This document shows positions 32,229 to 42,192 of a stretch of 64,000 nt of DNA, piece after piece. This DNA comes from an uncultured delta proteobacterium (GTDB taxonomy: Bacteria > Desulfobacterota > Binatia > Binatales > Binataceae). Both the position numbers and the translations under genes were made by a program. The stretch is from assembly GCA_963765675.1 (NCBI GenBank), contig CAVXXK010000001.1, positions 1,088,001-1,152,000 of the forward strand, in the 5' to 3' direction. The notes under the pieces were generated by a model that was not told the origin of the DNA, made no database searches, and was given only the letters and a program-made list of their open reading frames with translations. Position 1 is the stretch's first letter. Each line of letters begins with the position of its first letter.

Positions 32229-32894
32229 TCAGACGCCGCGGGTATTGGGCGGCCAGATGTGCTTGTGCATCTGCAATTGCATTCGCGCGGGAAGGCTGTC
32301 CTCGAGGATCCATCCTGCCAGCTTCTCGGGATCCATTTCGCCGAACGCCGGGCTGATCAGTATCGCGTTCACGCGCGCAGCCAGATCGCGTGAGCGAATC
32401 GTCTCACGCGCCCATTCGTAGTCGACGCGGTCGGCGATCACGAATTTGATCTCGTCGTGCGGGCGTAGATGATCGAGGTTGCTCCACAGGTTGCGCTCCG
32501 ATTCGCCGCTGCCGGGGCATTTCAGGTCCATGATCTTGATCACGCGCGGATCGAGACGGCTGACATCCGACGCGCCCGAGGTTTCGATCATCACCGTGTC
32601 ATCCGCCGCGAGCAGTGCGTCGATTAGCGGATAGACGCCTTCCTGCAAGAGCGGCTCGCCACCGGTTATCTCAATCAGATTGCACAGATGACGTCCGACC
32701 GCAGTCGAGATCTCTTCGATCGTCATCCGCTGCCCGCCGTAGAACGCGTACGCGGTGTCGCACCATCGGCAACGCAGATTGCATCCGGTCAGACGCACGA
32801 AGACGCAAGGGCGCCCGGCGTGCGTGGACTCGCCCTGGATGCTGTAAAAAATTTCGGTGATATTGAGCCGTGCGGAAGTCATCGCCAAGGTCAT
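32229..32894 (-). CDS. queE: 7-carboxy-7-deazaguanine synthase (radical SAM)
   Basis: EIFYSIQGE, CNLRCRWCDT, TGGEPL, QMHK. Confidence 0.93.
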   Translation of the reverse strand: MTLAMTSARLNITEIFYSIQGESTHAGRPCVFVRLTGCNLRCRWCDTAYAFYGGQRMTIEEISTAVGRHLCNLIEITGGEPLLQEGVYPLIDALLAADDTVMIETSGASDVSRLDPRVIKIMDLKCPGSGESERNLWSNLDHLRPHDEIKFVIADRVDYEWARETIRSRDLAARVNAILISPAFGEMDPEKLAGWILEDSLPARMQLQMHKHIWPPNTRGV

Positions 32895-32910
32895 CGCAAG
32901 ATTTTCGCGC

Positions 32911-34125
32911 TTAGCCGAACTTCGCGCGCGCCGCCGCGCGCGCTTCTTCCATCACGACGCGCAGCGCGACGCCATGATTTATCGCGGCGTGGCGGCAATC
33001 ATCATACTCCGGCGAGATCGTAACCTCCGCGCGCGAACGAGGATACGCGTGTGCGTGCGGATGAGGATGCGGCTGGTCGCCGGAGATTTTTACCCGGATC
33101 TTTCCGAAGCGCGTCTCGACTTCCTGGACCTCGCGATGCAGTTTCAGGCGCGAGGCCGAATGAAAACGCAACCCAATAGTCGAAGTCTCTTCGAAGATTA
33201 TCCGCGCCAGTTTGTCGCGGTCGGCGGCCTCGGCGATCACGCCTAGCGTCACCGCCGGACGCCCTTTTTTCATGATCGTCGGCGTGAGCGTCACGTCACG
33301 CGCGCCAGCGCCGAACAGGCGCTCCATCACGTGGTCGTAGATTTGCGGATTCAGGTCGTCGATATTCGCCGCGATCTCGATCATTTCGTCGCTCTCGAAG
33401 GGCGAATGCTCGCGACCGAGCATCATGCGCAGCACGTTGGGCCGATCCGCCAGCGTCCGCGACCCTGCGCCATAACCGATTTTCTCGATTTCAAAATTCA
33501 GCGGCAGCGTAGCTGGCCGCGCGAGCGCTTTGACGAACGCGGCGCCCGTCGGCGTCACCATCTCAGCCGCCCCGTCTCCAATGCGCACCGGAAATCCCGC
33601 GAGCAGCTCCGCGGTCGCGGGCGCCGGAACCGGAATGATCCCGTGCTGCGACCGCGTGAAGCCCGCCCCCGCCGGAAGCGGTGACACAATCAGGTCGCCC
33701 ACTCCCAGATGCTCGAGTCCCCACGCCGCGCCAACGATATCGATGATCGAATCGACGGCGCCGACTTCGTGGAAATGCACTTCGTCTGGCGTGGTGTTGT
33801 GAATTTTTGCTTCGGCGTCGGCGAGCACCTGGAAGATCGCGATCGCGCGGCGCTTGACTGGTTCGGCGAGTGTCGCGGCGCTTTCGATCATTGCGCGAAT
33901 CTCGCCGAAATGGCGCTCGGGCTGGCGCTCGGCAACTTCGACCTCGAATTTGACCGCCGAGATTCCGGAGAGCACGCGGCGGCGATGCGATAGCTGGTAG
34001 CCGGTGAGCGAAAGCGAGGCGAGCGCGCGCTCGAGCTCGGCGAAGTCCGCGCCGCAGTCGAGGATCGCGCCGACGATCATGTCGCCGGACAGGCCCGAGA
34101 AAGCGTCTAGATATGCGGTTCTCAT
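32911..34125 (-). CDS. larC: Nickel pincer cofactor nickel insertase LarC
   Basis: GLSGDM, VHFHEVGAVDSIID, PVPAPAT, TPTGAA, MKKGRP, PEYDD. Confidence 0.95.
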   Translation of the reverse strand: MRTAYLDAFSGLSGDMIVGAILDCGADFAELERALASLSLTGYQLSHRRRVLSGISAVKFEVEVAERQPERHFGEIRAMIESAATLAEPVKRRAIAIFQVLADAEAKIHNTTPDEVHFHEVGAVDSIIDIVGAAWGLEHLGVGDLIVSPLPAGAGFTRSQHGIIPVPAPATAELLAGFPVRIGDGAAEMVTPTGAAFVKALARPATLPLNFEIEKIGYGAGSRTLADRPNVLRMMLGREHSPFESDEMIEIAANIDDLNPQIYDHVMERLFGAGARDVTLTPTIMKKGRPAVTLGVIAEAADRDKLARIIFEETSTIGLRFHSASRLKLHREVQEVETRFGKIRVKISGDQPHPHPHAHAYPRSRAEVTISPEYDDCRHAAINHGVALRVVMEEARAAARAKFG

Positions 34126-34195
34126 GTCCCGAGCTTTACATGCTATCAGGGCGCCGATAGAATCAATAACTCGGCTCGTGCCGGAACGACCAACC

Positions 34196-34555
34196 ATGAG
34201 GCAAAGAGACCTCAAGCTTTTCAGAAAACTGCTCGAAGACCGAAAGAGCGAGATCCTAGCCGAGGCGGAGCGCGCCGTCGGCTCGATGAACAGCGGCCCG
34301 GAAGAAGCTTTCGCCGACCCGACCGATCGCGCGACGCTCGAGTCGGATCGCAATTTTCTGCTCCGGATGCGCGATCGCGAGCGCAAGCTGCTCAGCAAAA
34401 TCGAAGAAGCGTTCGCGCGCATCGACGACGGCAATTACGGACGCTGCGAGGAATGCGGCGGAGAGATCGGCACCGAGCGGCTGCGCGCCCGTCCCGTCAC
34501 CACGCTGTGCATCGCGTGCAAATCCGCCCAGGAAGCCCGCGAGCGGCAGACCTGA
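34196..34555 (+). CDS. dksA: RNA polymerase-binding protein DksA
   Basis: ADPTDRA, RDRERKL, CEECG..RLRARP.TTLCIACK. Confidence 0.95.
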   Translation: MRQRDLKLFRKLLEDRKSEILAEAERAVGSMNSGPEEAFADPTDRATLESDRNFLLRMRDRERKLLSKIEEAFARIDDGNYGRCEECGGEIGTERLRARPVTTLCIACKSAQEARERQT

Positions 34556-34583
34556 GCACGCAATCGCTCGCGCGTTTCGTCTC

Positions 34584-35450
34584 ATGAAAATCACCAAGGC
34601 GGTTATTGTCGCGGCTGGATTGGGAACGCGGATGCTCCCCGCGTCGAAAGTTATTCCCAAGGAAATTTTGCCGGTGATCGATACGCCGGCGATCCAGGTG
34701 GTGGTCGAAGAGGCGGTCGCCTCCGGAATCCGCGACATCTTCGTCGTCGTCGCACCTGGGCGGACGATCGTGCTCGATCACTTCAAGGCCGCGCAAGAAC
34801 TCGAAATGCATCTTGAAGAGCGGGGCAAACACGAGGTCCTCGAGACCGTGCGGCGGACCAATACGCTCGCGCGCTTCACCCCCGTCGAGCAGGCCAAGCC
34901 GCTGGGACTAGGCCACGCGGTCCTGCAGGCGCGCGAGGTGATCGGCGACGAGCCGTTCGCGGTGATGCTGCCCGACGACATTTTCGACTGTCCGCGACCA
35001 TGCCTCGCTCAACTGATTGCGGCAGCCGAAGCCAAAGACGCGCCCGTGGTCGCACTGCTCAAAGTCGCGCGCAGCGAGATTCCAAAGTATGGGATCGTCG
35101 AAGCGAAGCCGGTTGGCGATCGGCTCTACGAGCTCACCGGTATGGTCGAGAAGCCGGCGATCGACAAGGCCCCGAGCGACCTCGCGATCATGGGGCGCTA
35201 CGTACTGACGCCCGATATCTTCGAACTGCTCGCCTCGGGAAAGCCCGGGGCGGGCGGCGAGATTCAACTGACCGACGCGTTGATGGCGTTGGCGCGCCGG
35301 CGCAAGCTCTACGGCTATCAATTCGAGGGTGTGCGTTACGACCTTGGCGACAGGGTTGGGTTTATCGCGGCGCAGGTTGGCTTCGGGTTGAAACGCCCCG
35401 ATCTGGCTGATAGGTTGCGCTCTTACTTGCAGACGATTCTAGCGTCATAA
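34584..35450 (+). CDS. galU: UTP-glucose-1-phosphate uridylyltransferase
   Basis: AAGLGTRMLPASK..PKE, LGLGHAV, MVEKP, GEIQLTDA. Confidence 0.96.
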   Translation: MKITKAVIVAAGLGTRMLPASKVIPKEILPVIDTPAIQVVVEEAVASGIRDIFVVVAPGRTIVLDHFKAAQELEMHLEERGKHEVLETVRRTNTLARFTPVEQAKPLGLGHAVLQAREVIGDEPFAVMLPDDIFDCPRPCLAQLIAAAEAKDAPVVALLKVARSEIPKYGIVEAKPVGDRLYELTGMVEKPAIDKAPSDLAIMGRYVLTPDIFELLASGKPGAGGEIQLTDALMALARRRKLYGYQFEGVRYDLGDRVGFIAAQVGFGLKRPDLADRLRSYLQTILAS

Positions 35451-35474
35451 TCAGTACCAATCTCCGCACAGGAT

Positions 35475-35550
35475 GGGGCAGTAGCTCAGCTGGGAGAGCA
35501 CCACGTTCGCAACGTGGGGGTCGAGGGTTCAAATCCCTTCTGCTCCACCA
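35475..35550 (+). tRNA. tRNA-Ala(CGC)
   Basis: GGGGCAG/CTGCTCC acceptor with G3:U70, anticodon arm CCACG-TTCGCAA-CGTGG, CCA end. Confidence 0.97.
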
Positions 35551-36880
35551 TTTTTTCCTTGTAATTCAAAGGGTCTTTCCTCGAGTTTGCCCCTTCATGG
35601 GGCAAACGTGGGGCAAACTTCACTTTTCTGGCGTCCATTGGGTCGATCTTGGCAAGCTCCAATGCGTCAGCATGGCTCGCATGAATGAAGCGTCCGTAGT
35701 GGGTGCGAAGGGTACTCTCCATGACCCCGGTCTGCTCCGAAAGCCACGTCAGGTTCACGCCCTTGGTCAGGGCGACGGACACATAGGTGTCCTTTGTCGC
35801 ATAGAGGTCGCGCAGTCTAATTCCCAATGCGCGTTGCGCGGCGCAGAAGATCTTGTAGAAACTTCGTTGATCGATCGGACGGCCGAGTGAATTCTTGAAA
35901 ACATAATCGTCCGGCTCCGCGCGCAACTCGATCACCTGTTTCAGAACTTCTACATTTCGAGCGGTGAGCCGGACGACGCGTGCCGCAGCGGAAGTCTTGG
36001 GGGCGGACTCAGTGCTCAGGGAACGCGATCGCTCTACGAACAGAGTTCCCGCCGCCAGATCGAGAGATCGCACACGGAGAGCGACCGCTTCCGAGGGTCT
36101 CAATCCCGTGTAGAAGAGCGTGAAGAGAAACGCGTAGTAAGGGAAGTGAACGCCATCACGGTAAGCACCGAGGTTTCGGCCCAAACGCCAATGCTTGCGA
36201 AGAATGAATTCAAGCAGCCGATCCCGCTCATCTTCGATAAATGGATCAGGGCCCGGTACGACGCTCCGCGGCCATTCGACGTCCGTGAACGGAAATCCCG
36301 CGGCGATTCCGGCCTTCCGCGCGTCGCGCACCATTGCACGCAGCGAACTGTCGATGACGTTTCGCACAGTCTTCACGCTCAAATGCCGGTCGATTTGAAG
36401 CCGCGCTCTGAGTTCTTCAAGATGCCTCAGCGATAAATCTTTCAACGCCACATCGCCGACGTAAGGCAGGATGTAAGTATGGAAATGGTTGCGGTAGTCG
36501 CGAGCCCTTGAAGGGCGGACTATCGGTGGCACCCTTCGAGCGACCCAAGCCTCGTAATATTGGCCGATCGTGGGCTGGGCGTCGGCCTCGATGGATTCCG
36601 TTCCCCGAGACTCCGGGTGAAAATAGGCGTCCTTGCTGCCGTTCGGAAACCAGCTTAAGTAGTCGAAGTGGTCTGCCGCGATCTCCGCGCCGATAATCGC
36701 AGCCTGTTTGGAGAGGGCGGCGCGATTTTCGGGAATATCGCGCAGCGCGGTGGTTTCCGAGAACTTGTGAAGGCCGGTCGCCGATGGAATCCGCCACCGG
36801 AACCGCAAGCGCAAAAGTCCGCTGGCGGTCGCCTCGATCCAGCAACCCTGACGCCGCGCCTTCAGTTTACGAGGCGCCAT
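35486..36880 (-). CDS. Tyrosine integrase with N-terminal arm-binding domain
   Basis: FDYLSWFPNGSK arm domain, TGLRPSE, APKT, YATKDT, TG..HYGRFI; the ORF runs through the att core into the tRNA. Confidence 0.93.
   Translation of the reverse strand: MAPRKLKARRQGCWIEATASGLLRLRFRWRIPSATGLHKFSETTALRDIPENRAALSKQAAIIGAEIAADHFDYLSWFPNGSKDAYFHPESRGTESIEADAQPTIGQYYEAWVARRVPPIVRPSRARDYRNHFHTYILPYVGDVALKDLSLRHLEELRARLQIDRHLSVKTVRNVIDSSLRAMVRDARKAGIAAGFPFTDVEWPRSVVPGPDPFIEDERDRLLEFILRKHWRLGRNLGAYRDGVHFPYYAFLFTLFYTGLRPSEAVALRVRSLDLAAGTLFVERSRSLSTESAPKTSAAARVVRLTARNVEVLKQVIELRAEPDDYVFKNSLGRPIDQRSFYKIFCAAQRALGIRLRDLYATKDTYVSVALTKGVNLTWLSEQTGVMESTLRTHYGRFIHASHADALELAKIDPMDARKVKFAPRLPHEGANSRKDPLNYKEKMVEQKGFEPSTPTLRTWCSPS
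35525..35548 (+). repeat. attL core (24 bp)
   Basis: GGGTTCAAATCCCTTCTGCTCCAC, identical to 59695-59718. Confidence 0.95.
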
Positions 36881-37127
36881 TCAGGAACCCTCCTCGCTGA
36901 AGCGGTATTCCAGCGTGGTGCTGCGCGTCACGATGCTCAATGAAGCCGACAATCGCCTCCCATTTGAATACGGGCCTGCGTCCCACGTGGAAGAAGTGCT
37001 CGCCTTCACGCATGATGCCCTTAGCCATCATGGTGCGAATGGCCTGTTCGGTCCACGGCGTCAGTGCGGAGAGCTCGCGAATCGATATGTAAGGCTTGGG
37101 TTGGGTCGTAGTCTGATCGGGAGCCAT
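36867..37127 (-). CDS. Excisionase-like winged-HTH protein
   Basis: YISIRELSALTPWTEQAIRTMM..EGEHFF..GRRPVFKWEAI; directly upstream of int. Confidence 0.8.
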   Translation of the reverse strand: MAPDQTTTQPKPYISIRELSALTPWTEQAIRTMMAKGIMREGEHFFHVGRRPVFKWEAIVGFIEHRDAQHHAGIPLQRGGFLNGAS

Positions 37128-37191
37128 AACTAATGCGAACGACAGGGATGTTAAGAGTGCGCATAGTCGGCGCGCACCTGTCGTCGAACCG

Positions 37192-37231
37192 ATCATAGGC
37201 TCAGTGCCATATAATTGTCAAATTCCATAAT
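37192..37231 (-). promoter_or_regulatory. Sigma70-type promoter of xis-int with overlapping operator
   Basis: Minus strand TTGACA-N18-TATGAT; ATTATGGAATTTGACAAT (37214-37231) overlaps the -35. Confidence 0.7.
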
Positions 37232-37257
37232 TCTTATATATCGGACAGGTTTCACGA

Positions 37258-37926
37258 TTAGGTCAGCAGCAGACCCAACCGCAGGAGCCGGACCCGCGCG
37301 GCCTGTTCAGAGACCTGGCAACGCCTCATGATCCGCGCGACCACGGCGCGCCCGGGCTCCGAATCAACGTCCAGCGGGAACTTGCTCCCATCCCGCATCG
37401 CGATCTCGCCGCCCATTACGAGCACGTACGACCGCGGCATCAACAGCGCGCCGCTAATGTATGCCGCCTGCCATTCCATCCAATCGTTCTCCGGAGCGGT
37501 CACGATGGTGTCGCGGTGGCAAGTCCATGATGGCGCGGCAGGTTCGCGCTGCGCTTCTGGCCCGGACTTTCTCCACAGCGGAGCGTGAAACCAAACGTGG
37601 CCGTACTCGTGTCCGAGAGTAGTGCGGAGCCGGTTTTTGTAGCGCGGATCCGAGAGTCGTTTCGCAATCAGTACTCTCGGCTTTCGGTCGAAAAAGAAGT
37701 CGGTATGTCCGTCTTCTTCTTGCGGGAGGTCGGCGTACATGTCGAGATCGTCGGCCTCGGCCTCAATCATGCGGATCAGGTCATCGGTTGGGATCGGAAG
37801 CCTGAAGCCGCCAGCGTGGAGATCCATGAAGTCCACGACGATCCGTTCGCATCGGTCATCAAGCTCCCCGGTCTTGAAGTAGAGACGCTTGATCGGGCGT
37901 CCGAGCGGATCGCGAAGCAGCTTCAT
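37258..37926 (-). CDS. ImmA/IrrE family metallopeptidase
   Basis: RLRTTLGHEYGH, EWQA..SGALLMP, VSEQAARVRL. Confidence 0.92.
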   Translation of the reverse strand: MKLLRDPLGRPIKRLYFKTGELDDRCERIVVDFMDLHAGGFRLPIPTDDLIRMIEAEADDLDMYADLPQEEDGHTDFFFDRKPRVLIAKRLSDPRYKNRLRTTLGHEYGHVWFHAPLWRKSGPEAQREPAAPSWTCHRDTIVTAPENDWMEWQAAYISGALLMPRSYVLVMGGEIAMRDGSKFPLDVDSEPGRAVVARIMRRCQVSEQAARVRLLRLGLLLT

Positions 37927-38252
37927 TTTCGCTTGCCGGTCGGCTTGACTCCCAGCGCCTTGCGGAACGCGCGGTAGGCAGCCTCGACCCGCGGCTGGTC
38001 GGCCTCGGTCTTCACGTCCGGGGGCTGGCGATTCGCATGAAAGTACAGCACATCGGGCGAGATGCCGACAATCTTCGCGAGCTGCTCGATCAGATGGTCG
38101 TCGGGCGGATAGCGGTGATCGTGCTCGACCGCGTTGAGGTGAGGCGGATCGACGGGCCGGCCGTCTTCACGCCTTAACCGGGCAGCAACTTCTCTCTGGG
38201 TGAGCCCCGCCTTTTTCCGAGCCTCTCTGAGCACCTGGCCAAACGTCTTCAT
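37923..38252 (-). CDS. XRE-family HTH repressor
   Basis: TFGQVLREARKKAGLTQREVA; ATGA-coupled to the ImmA gene. Confidence 0.9.
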   Translation of the reverse strand: MKTFGQVLREARKKAGLTQREVAARLRREDGRPVDPPHLNAVEHDHRYPPDDHLIEQLAKIVGISPDVLYFHANRQPPDVKTEADQPRVEAAYRAFRKALGVKPTGKRK

Positions 38253-38433
38253 TCCGATTGATCCGCGCGAACCATCGCCACTCGCCGCCTCCTGATCGCT
38301 GAAGGTTAACAGAGTCCGCAGGAAATGTCATCGGAAATCCGAAATATAATAATTGTCTAATGCGAGGGAATCCGCGCACCGCCCAGCCGATCGACTCTCG
38401 TCGTAGGTCCGATCAGCGGCCGGATTCGGTTCT

Positions 38434-38721
38434 CTAACGTCCCGTCTTCGGCGCGCGCTTGCCTACGGCTCGGCGGGAATTCTTTACTGGCTCGAGTACA
38501 TTCACGCGCTGACGCATCTCGCGGACCATATCGACGATTTCCTCTCCCGAGACGTCGCTATCGATGCCCGCCACGTCGAGCGGCGAGCGACGCGAGCGTT
38601 CGGGCTGAATGAGGAACACCTGGCCGTCGCGGCGTTTCACCCGCACGGCGCCCTCGCGCCGCGCGCGTTCGAGAAGAGCGGCGAACTTCTGTCGTGCTTC
38701 GGAAAATGTATAGACCGTCAC
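38434..38721 (-). CDS. Phd/YefM-like antitoxin
   Basis: YTFSEARQKFAALLERARREGAV.VKRRDG. Confidence 0.88.
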   Translation of the reverse strand: MTVYTFSEARQKFAALLERARREGAVRVKRRDGQVFLIQPERSRRSPLDVAGIDSDVSGEEIVDMVREMRQRVNVLEPVKNSRRAVGKRAPKTGR

Positions 38722-39115
38722 GGTTGTATCTCCAATATTTTGATTCCCGCGCGGGCGGCGGCGGTCACCAACCCGTGATCGAGCGAGAGCAACGCGCAGT
38801 GATGCTGCATGGCGCAGACGAGCACATAGGCATCGTAAGCGTAGAGATCGAACTTCTGAGCCACTTCGAGCGCCCGATCAGGTCTATGTCTGAAAAGCGG
38901 ATCGGAATCTGCTGGTACGCTTCGAGTGCCCGGTGCGCGGCGCGAAGGGTGAGCCGACGGCGCTTGAACATGGCGGAAAATGCGTTGCCGACCTCCCAAT
39001 GAACCGAGGGCGGTGCAAGCAGATCCGCGGATGCGGTGGCTTTCACCAGAGCGGCGCGGTGAGGTTCGCGGACAAGAACCGCGATGATGACGGACGTATC
39101 GACCACGATCTCCAT
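38718..39115 (-). CDS. vapC: VapC PIN toxin (frameshift near 38878)
   Basis: IVVDTSVII..HWEVGNA, then shifted frame YAYDAYVL..LLSLD. Confidence 0.85.
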
Positions 39116-39461
39116 ACCTGTGCAATTGTACAATAAGACTCTCACAGTTTCCACCTGGCCCGCTGATTCGGGAGCATCCACCCGCGCGCGCCGGTCAATT
39201 ACCCTCCTTAGGCTCACAGCGAACGATCGAAGACGAGCGTCCGCATCCCCGAAGGGGCAGGACGCGCTTGTGCGGTATGGGCTTGCGTGAACATTTTGAA
39301 GGCGCGCTCCCCTCAACCGAAATAGGGGGAGCGCGCAGGATTCCGGGACGCGCGAAGCGCAACGCTGCACGGCGTGACAAGCGAAGCGTCAGGCGAAAGC
39401 CGGTGGCGCACCGTGCCCGTGGAGCGAGCGCCACCGAATTTGGCGGCGGGCGGCAGGTTAA

Positions 39462-42192
39462 TCACCTTCGCATCCCGTGGCCCCGATTTAGAATGTGCCG
39501 CTGCTCATCCGGCAGGACCGTGAACGCGGAGTGGCGAACGCCAATCTGATGCGCGATCGCCATGGATTTCTCGCGGGTACGAGCGACGGCGGGTCTCAGG
39601 CGTGCGCGATTATCCGTGAAGATCGTGAGCGCGTTTCGCGCGCGGCTGATCGACACGTAAAACTGCTTCCGATTGACCAGTTCCGGCGAGAGCCGCGTAT
39701 CGATATCGACAATGACGCGATCGACGGTCGCGCCTTGCGCGGAGTGCGACGTGGAAGCGTACCCGTGGTCGATGTGACGTAGACGATCCGCCGCGACGCT
39801 CAATTCCTTGCCGTTGTCCAAGCACAAAACGGCGCGGCGAGCGTCTACAGCTTTGATTGTGGCGAAATCGCCATTGGCAACTCCGAGTGTCCGGTCGGGT
39901 GCGCGGAACTGTATACGGTCGCCTCGTGAGAGGAGTCCTTTGTTCCTCGCGAAAGACTTCGACGCCGAACAACCGAACTGGATTGTACTCGATGCACCGC
40001 CCGCGACCCGTGTTGATCGTAAGCATGTTCGCGTCTCGGTCGACTTTTTCGACATCCCCATAGGCGCCTTTGGCGATCGCGAACTGTTTGCTTCCGCGCG
40101 TGAAGCGAATCACGTCGCCCGCCTCATAGTTGTAGGCGATCGAGCGTTGCGCGCCAGAGAGGCCGCGATTCACCAAAATGGTCTGTTCAGTTCCGAGCGG
40201 CGATATGTGACCGCGCGCGATCAGCTCGGCTCGGATCGCTCTGTTCAACTCGCGTCGCTCGTCGTTCGCCGGACTGACGACCAGAACTCGCTCCCCTGAT
40301 TGATGGGCAGCAACGTACTCGCGCGCAATCTGTTTGCGGCGCTGATCGAGGTCGGCAACTTCGCGGATATCGCCGCGGTGCTCAAGAATCGCGAGCGACT
40401 CCGCTACTTCGCCTTTGGCGGCGTGCATCACCGCTTCGCGGAGCTCGGGATCGCGTTGGCGGCGGATGGTATCGAGCCGGGTGATCAGCATTCCGTCCTC
40501 TTGCATCTGATAGATGGGCCGCCCGGCTTCGATCGCATGATGCTGGCCTTGGTCGCCCACAAAGACGATCCTCGCGATGCTTTGCTCACGGGCCTTGTGG
40601 AGAAGCCGGTTAACCTGCCGGGTCGGGAGCAGGCTCGACTCGTCCACGATCCAGACTTCGTTTGAAGCAACTCGGGTTGATGGACTTTCGAGGAGGCTGG
40701 CGACGGTCCTGGCCGACACGCCGGCCTCGGCGAGCGACTTGACCGCACGCGTCGTGGGTGCGAACCCGCAGACGATGTATCCCTGGTTTTCCGCGAATTC
40801 GCGTATCGCGCCGACCGTCGTGGTCTTGGCAGCGCCGGCGCGGCCTTCGATTGAGGTGATCCAGTCGGTGGACGCAAGCGTGAGTTCGGCGACGGCAGTC
40901 TGATCAGGAAGCAAGTTGCGCTGGCTCGCCCATCGGCGGATCTCGTTCGAATTGCTGATCGCCACCGCCCTGCCCTGGCCCGCACGCATCAGTTCGATGT
41001 TCCCGCGCTCGAGCGCGATCATCTCTGGCGTCGTGTAGGCGCCTCGTGGCGAGTTCACAGAGTCGCCGGCGACAATCAGCCGGCCTTTTGCTGGAACTGC
41101 TCGCTCTCAGCGCGTATCTGATGAAGGTCAGCTCTACCCCATCGCGTGCTGCAGAGCCTTCGCTTCAAGCGCACGGCGATCAATGATTGCTTCGCGCTCG
41201 ATATTTTCGTCGATACTCTGGCGAATGGCTTCTCCCGCCTTTTCCGGATGTCGAAACTGGATGGGGCCGCGTTCGTGCGACTGCGAAAGGTGGCGCTCGA
41301 TCTCGATTCCATATTCCTGCGCACGCGAGCGCCACTCCGCCTTGAGACTCGCTTCGTCGCGATGATCCTTGGCCAGCCGCGTTCGATGCGCGATGTTCTG
41401 CGCCGCCTCAGCGCCCGCGAGCCCTTCACGGGCGAGGGTCTGTTCGATGTCCTGGCGACGACGGGAGAACGCCATCACCTGCTCGCGCGTGTAGCCGTCA
41501 AGCTCCCATCGTCCGTCTTGTCCGGCGATCGTGATTTCGTATCCAAGCTGTTGAACCTCTCGGGCTAGTTCGGAGCGGTAAACTGCGGTCGCGAAGCTCT
41601 GGGCGCGATAGATTTCAATGGGATCGAGGCCGCGCCACTGTCCGTCCGGGCGGCGGGTCATGTTGGCGATGACGACGTGCGTGTGAAGATGAGGGTCGGG
41701 ACCGTAGCCGTCTTGAACTCCACTGGCGGGCCGAGCGGCAATGTGATCGAAGCGCGCGGCGACGATATTGCTGGTCACGACCCATTCGCTGCCGCCTCGG
41801 CGGCGCGAGAGCGCATATTGTTCGAGCTCCTCCAGTGCGCGGCTGACTGCCTTACGGTGCGCCTCGATAAGGCGGTGATCATCTCCGGCCAGCCCTTGGA
41901 TGCTCACCGATTTGGGTGCGTTGAACGTGGCGTCCCAACCTGCGCGCCTGTCGTCGTAGCCGTTCGCTTTATGAACGAGCACCTCTCCGGACGCGGGATG
42001 AAGCCCGCGCAGTACAGAGCGGAAGTCTTCGGTCGCAACCTCGCCGGAGAGTCCCAACTCTTCAGCGCCGCGGCCGAACCATTGACCTACGACCCGCTGC
42101 TTCTCGGTGTAGTAGTCGTCCTGCGAGTACTTCTCTTCGTAATAGGTCTCGGCTTGGGCGGCGGTGAGCGCGCCTTTGGACATTACCAGCAT
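39462..42192 (-). CDS. MOBF (TrwC-like) relaxase-helicase, split by three frameshifts
   Basis: YY..DDYY tyrosines, DATFNAPKSVS, DPHLHTH (HUH), GRAGAAKTT, DESS, HGYASTSHSAQGAT, YVSISRAR. Confidence 0.92.

Noticed and set aside
32911-34555. Apparent long head-to-head overlap of larC and dksA ORFs
   Set aside because: True starts at 34125 and 34196 remove the overlap
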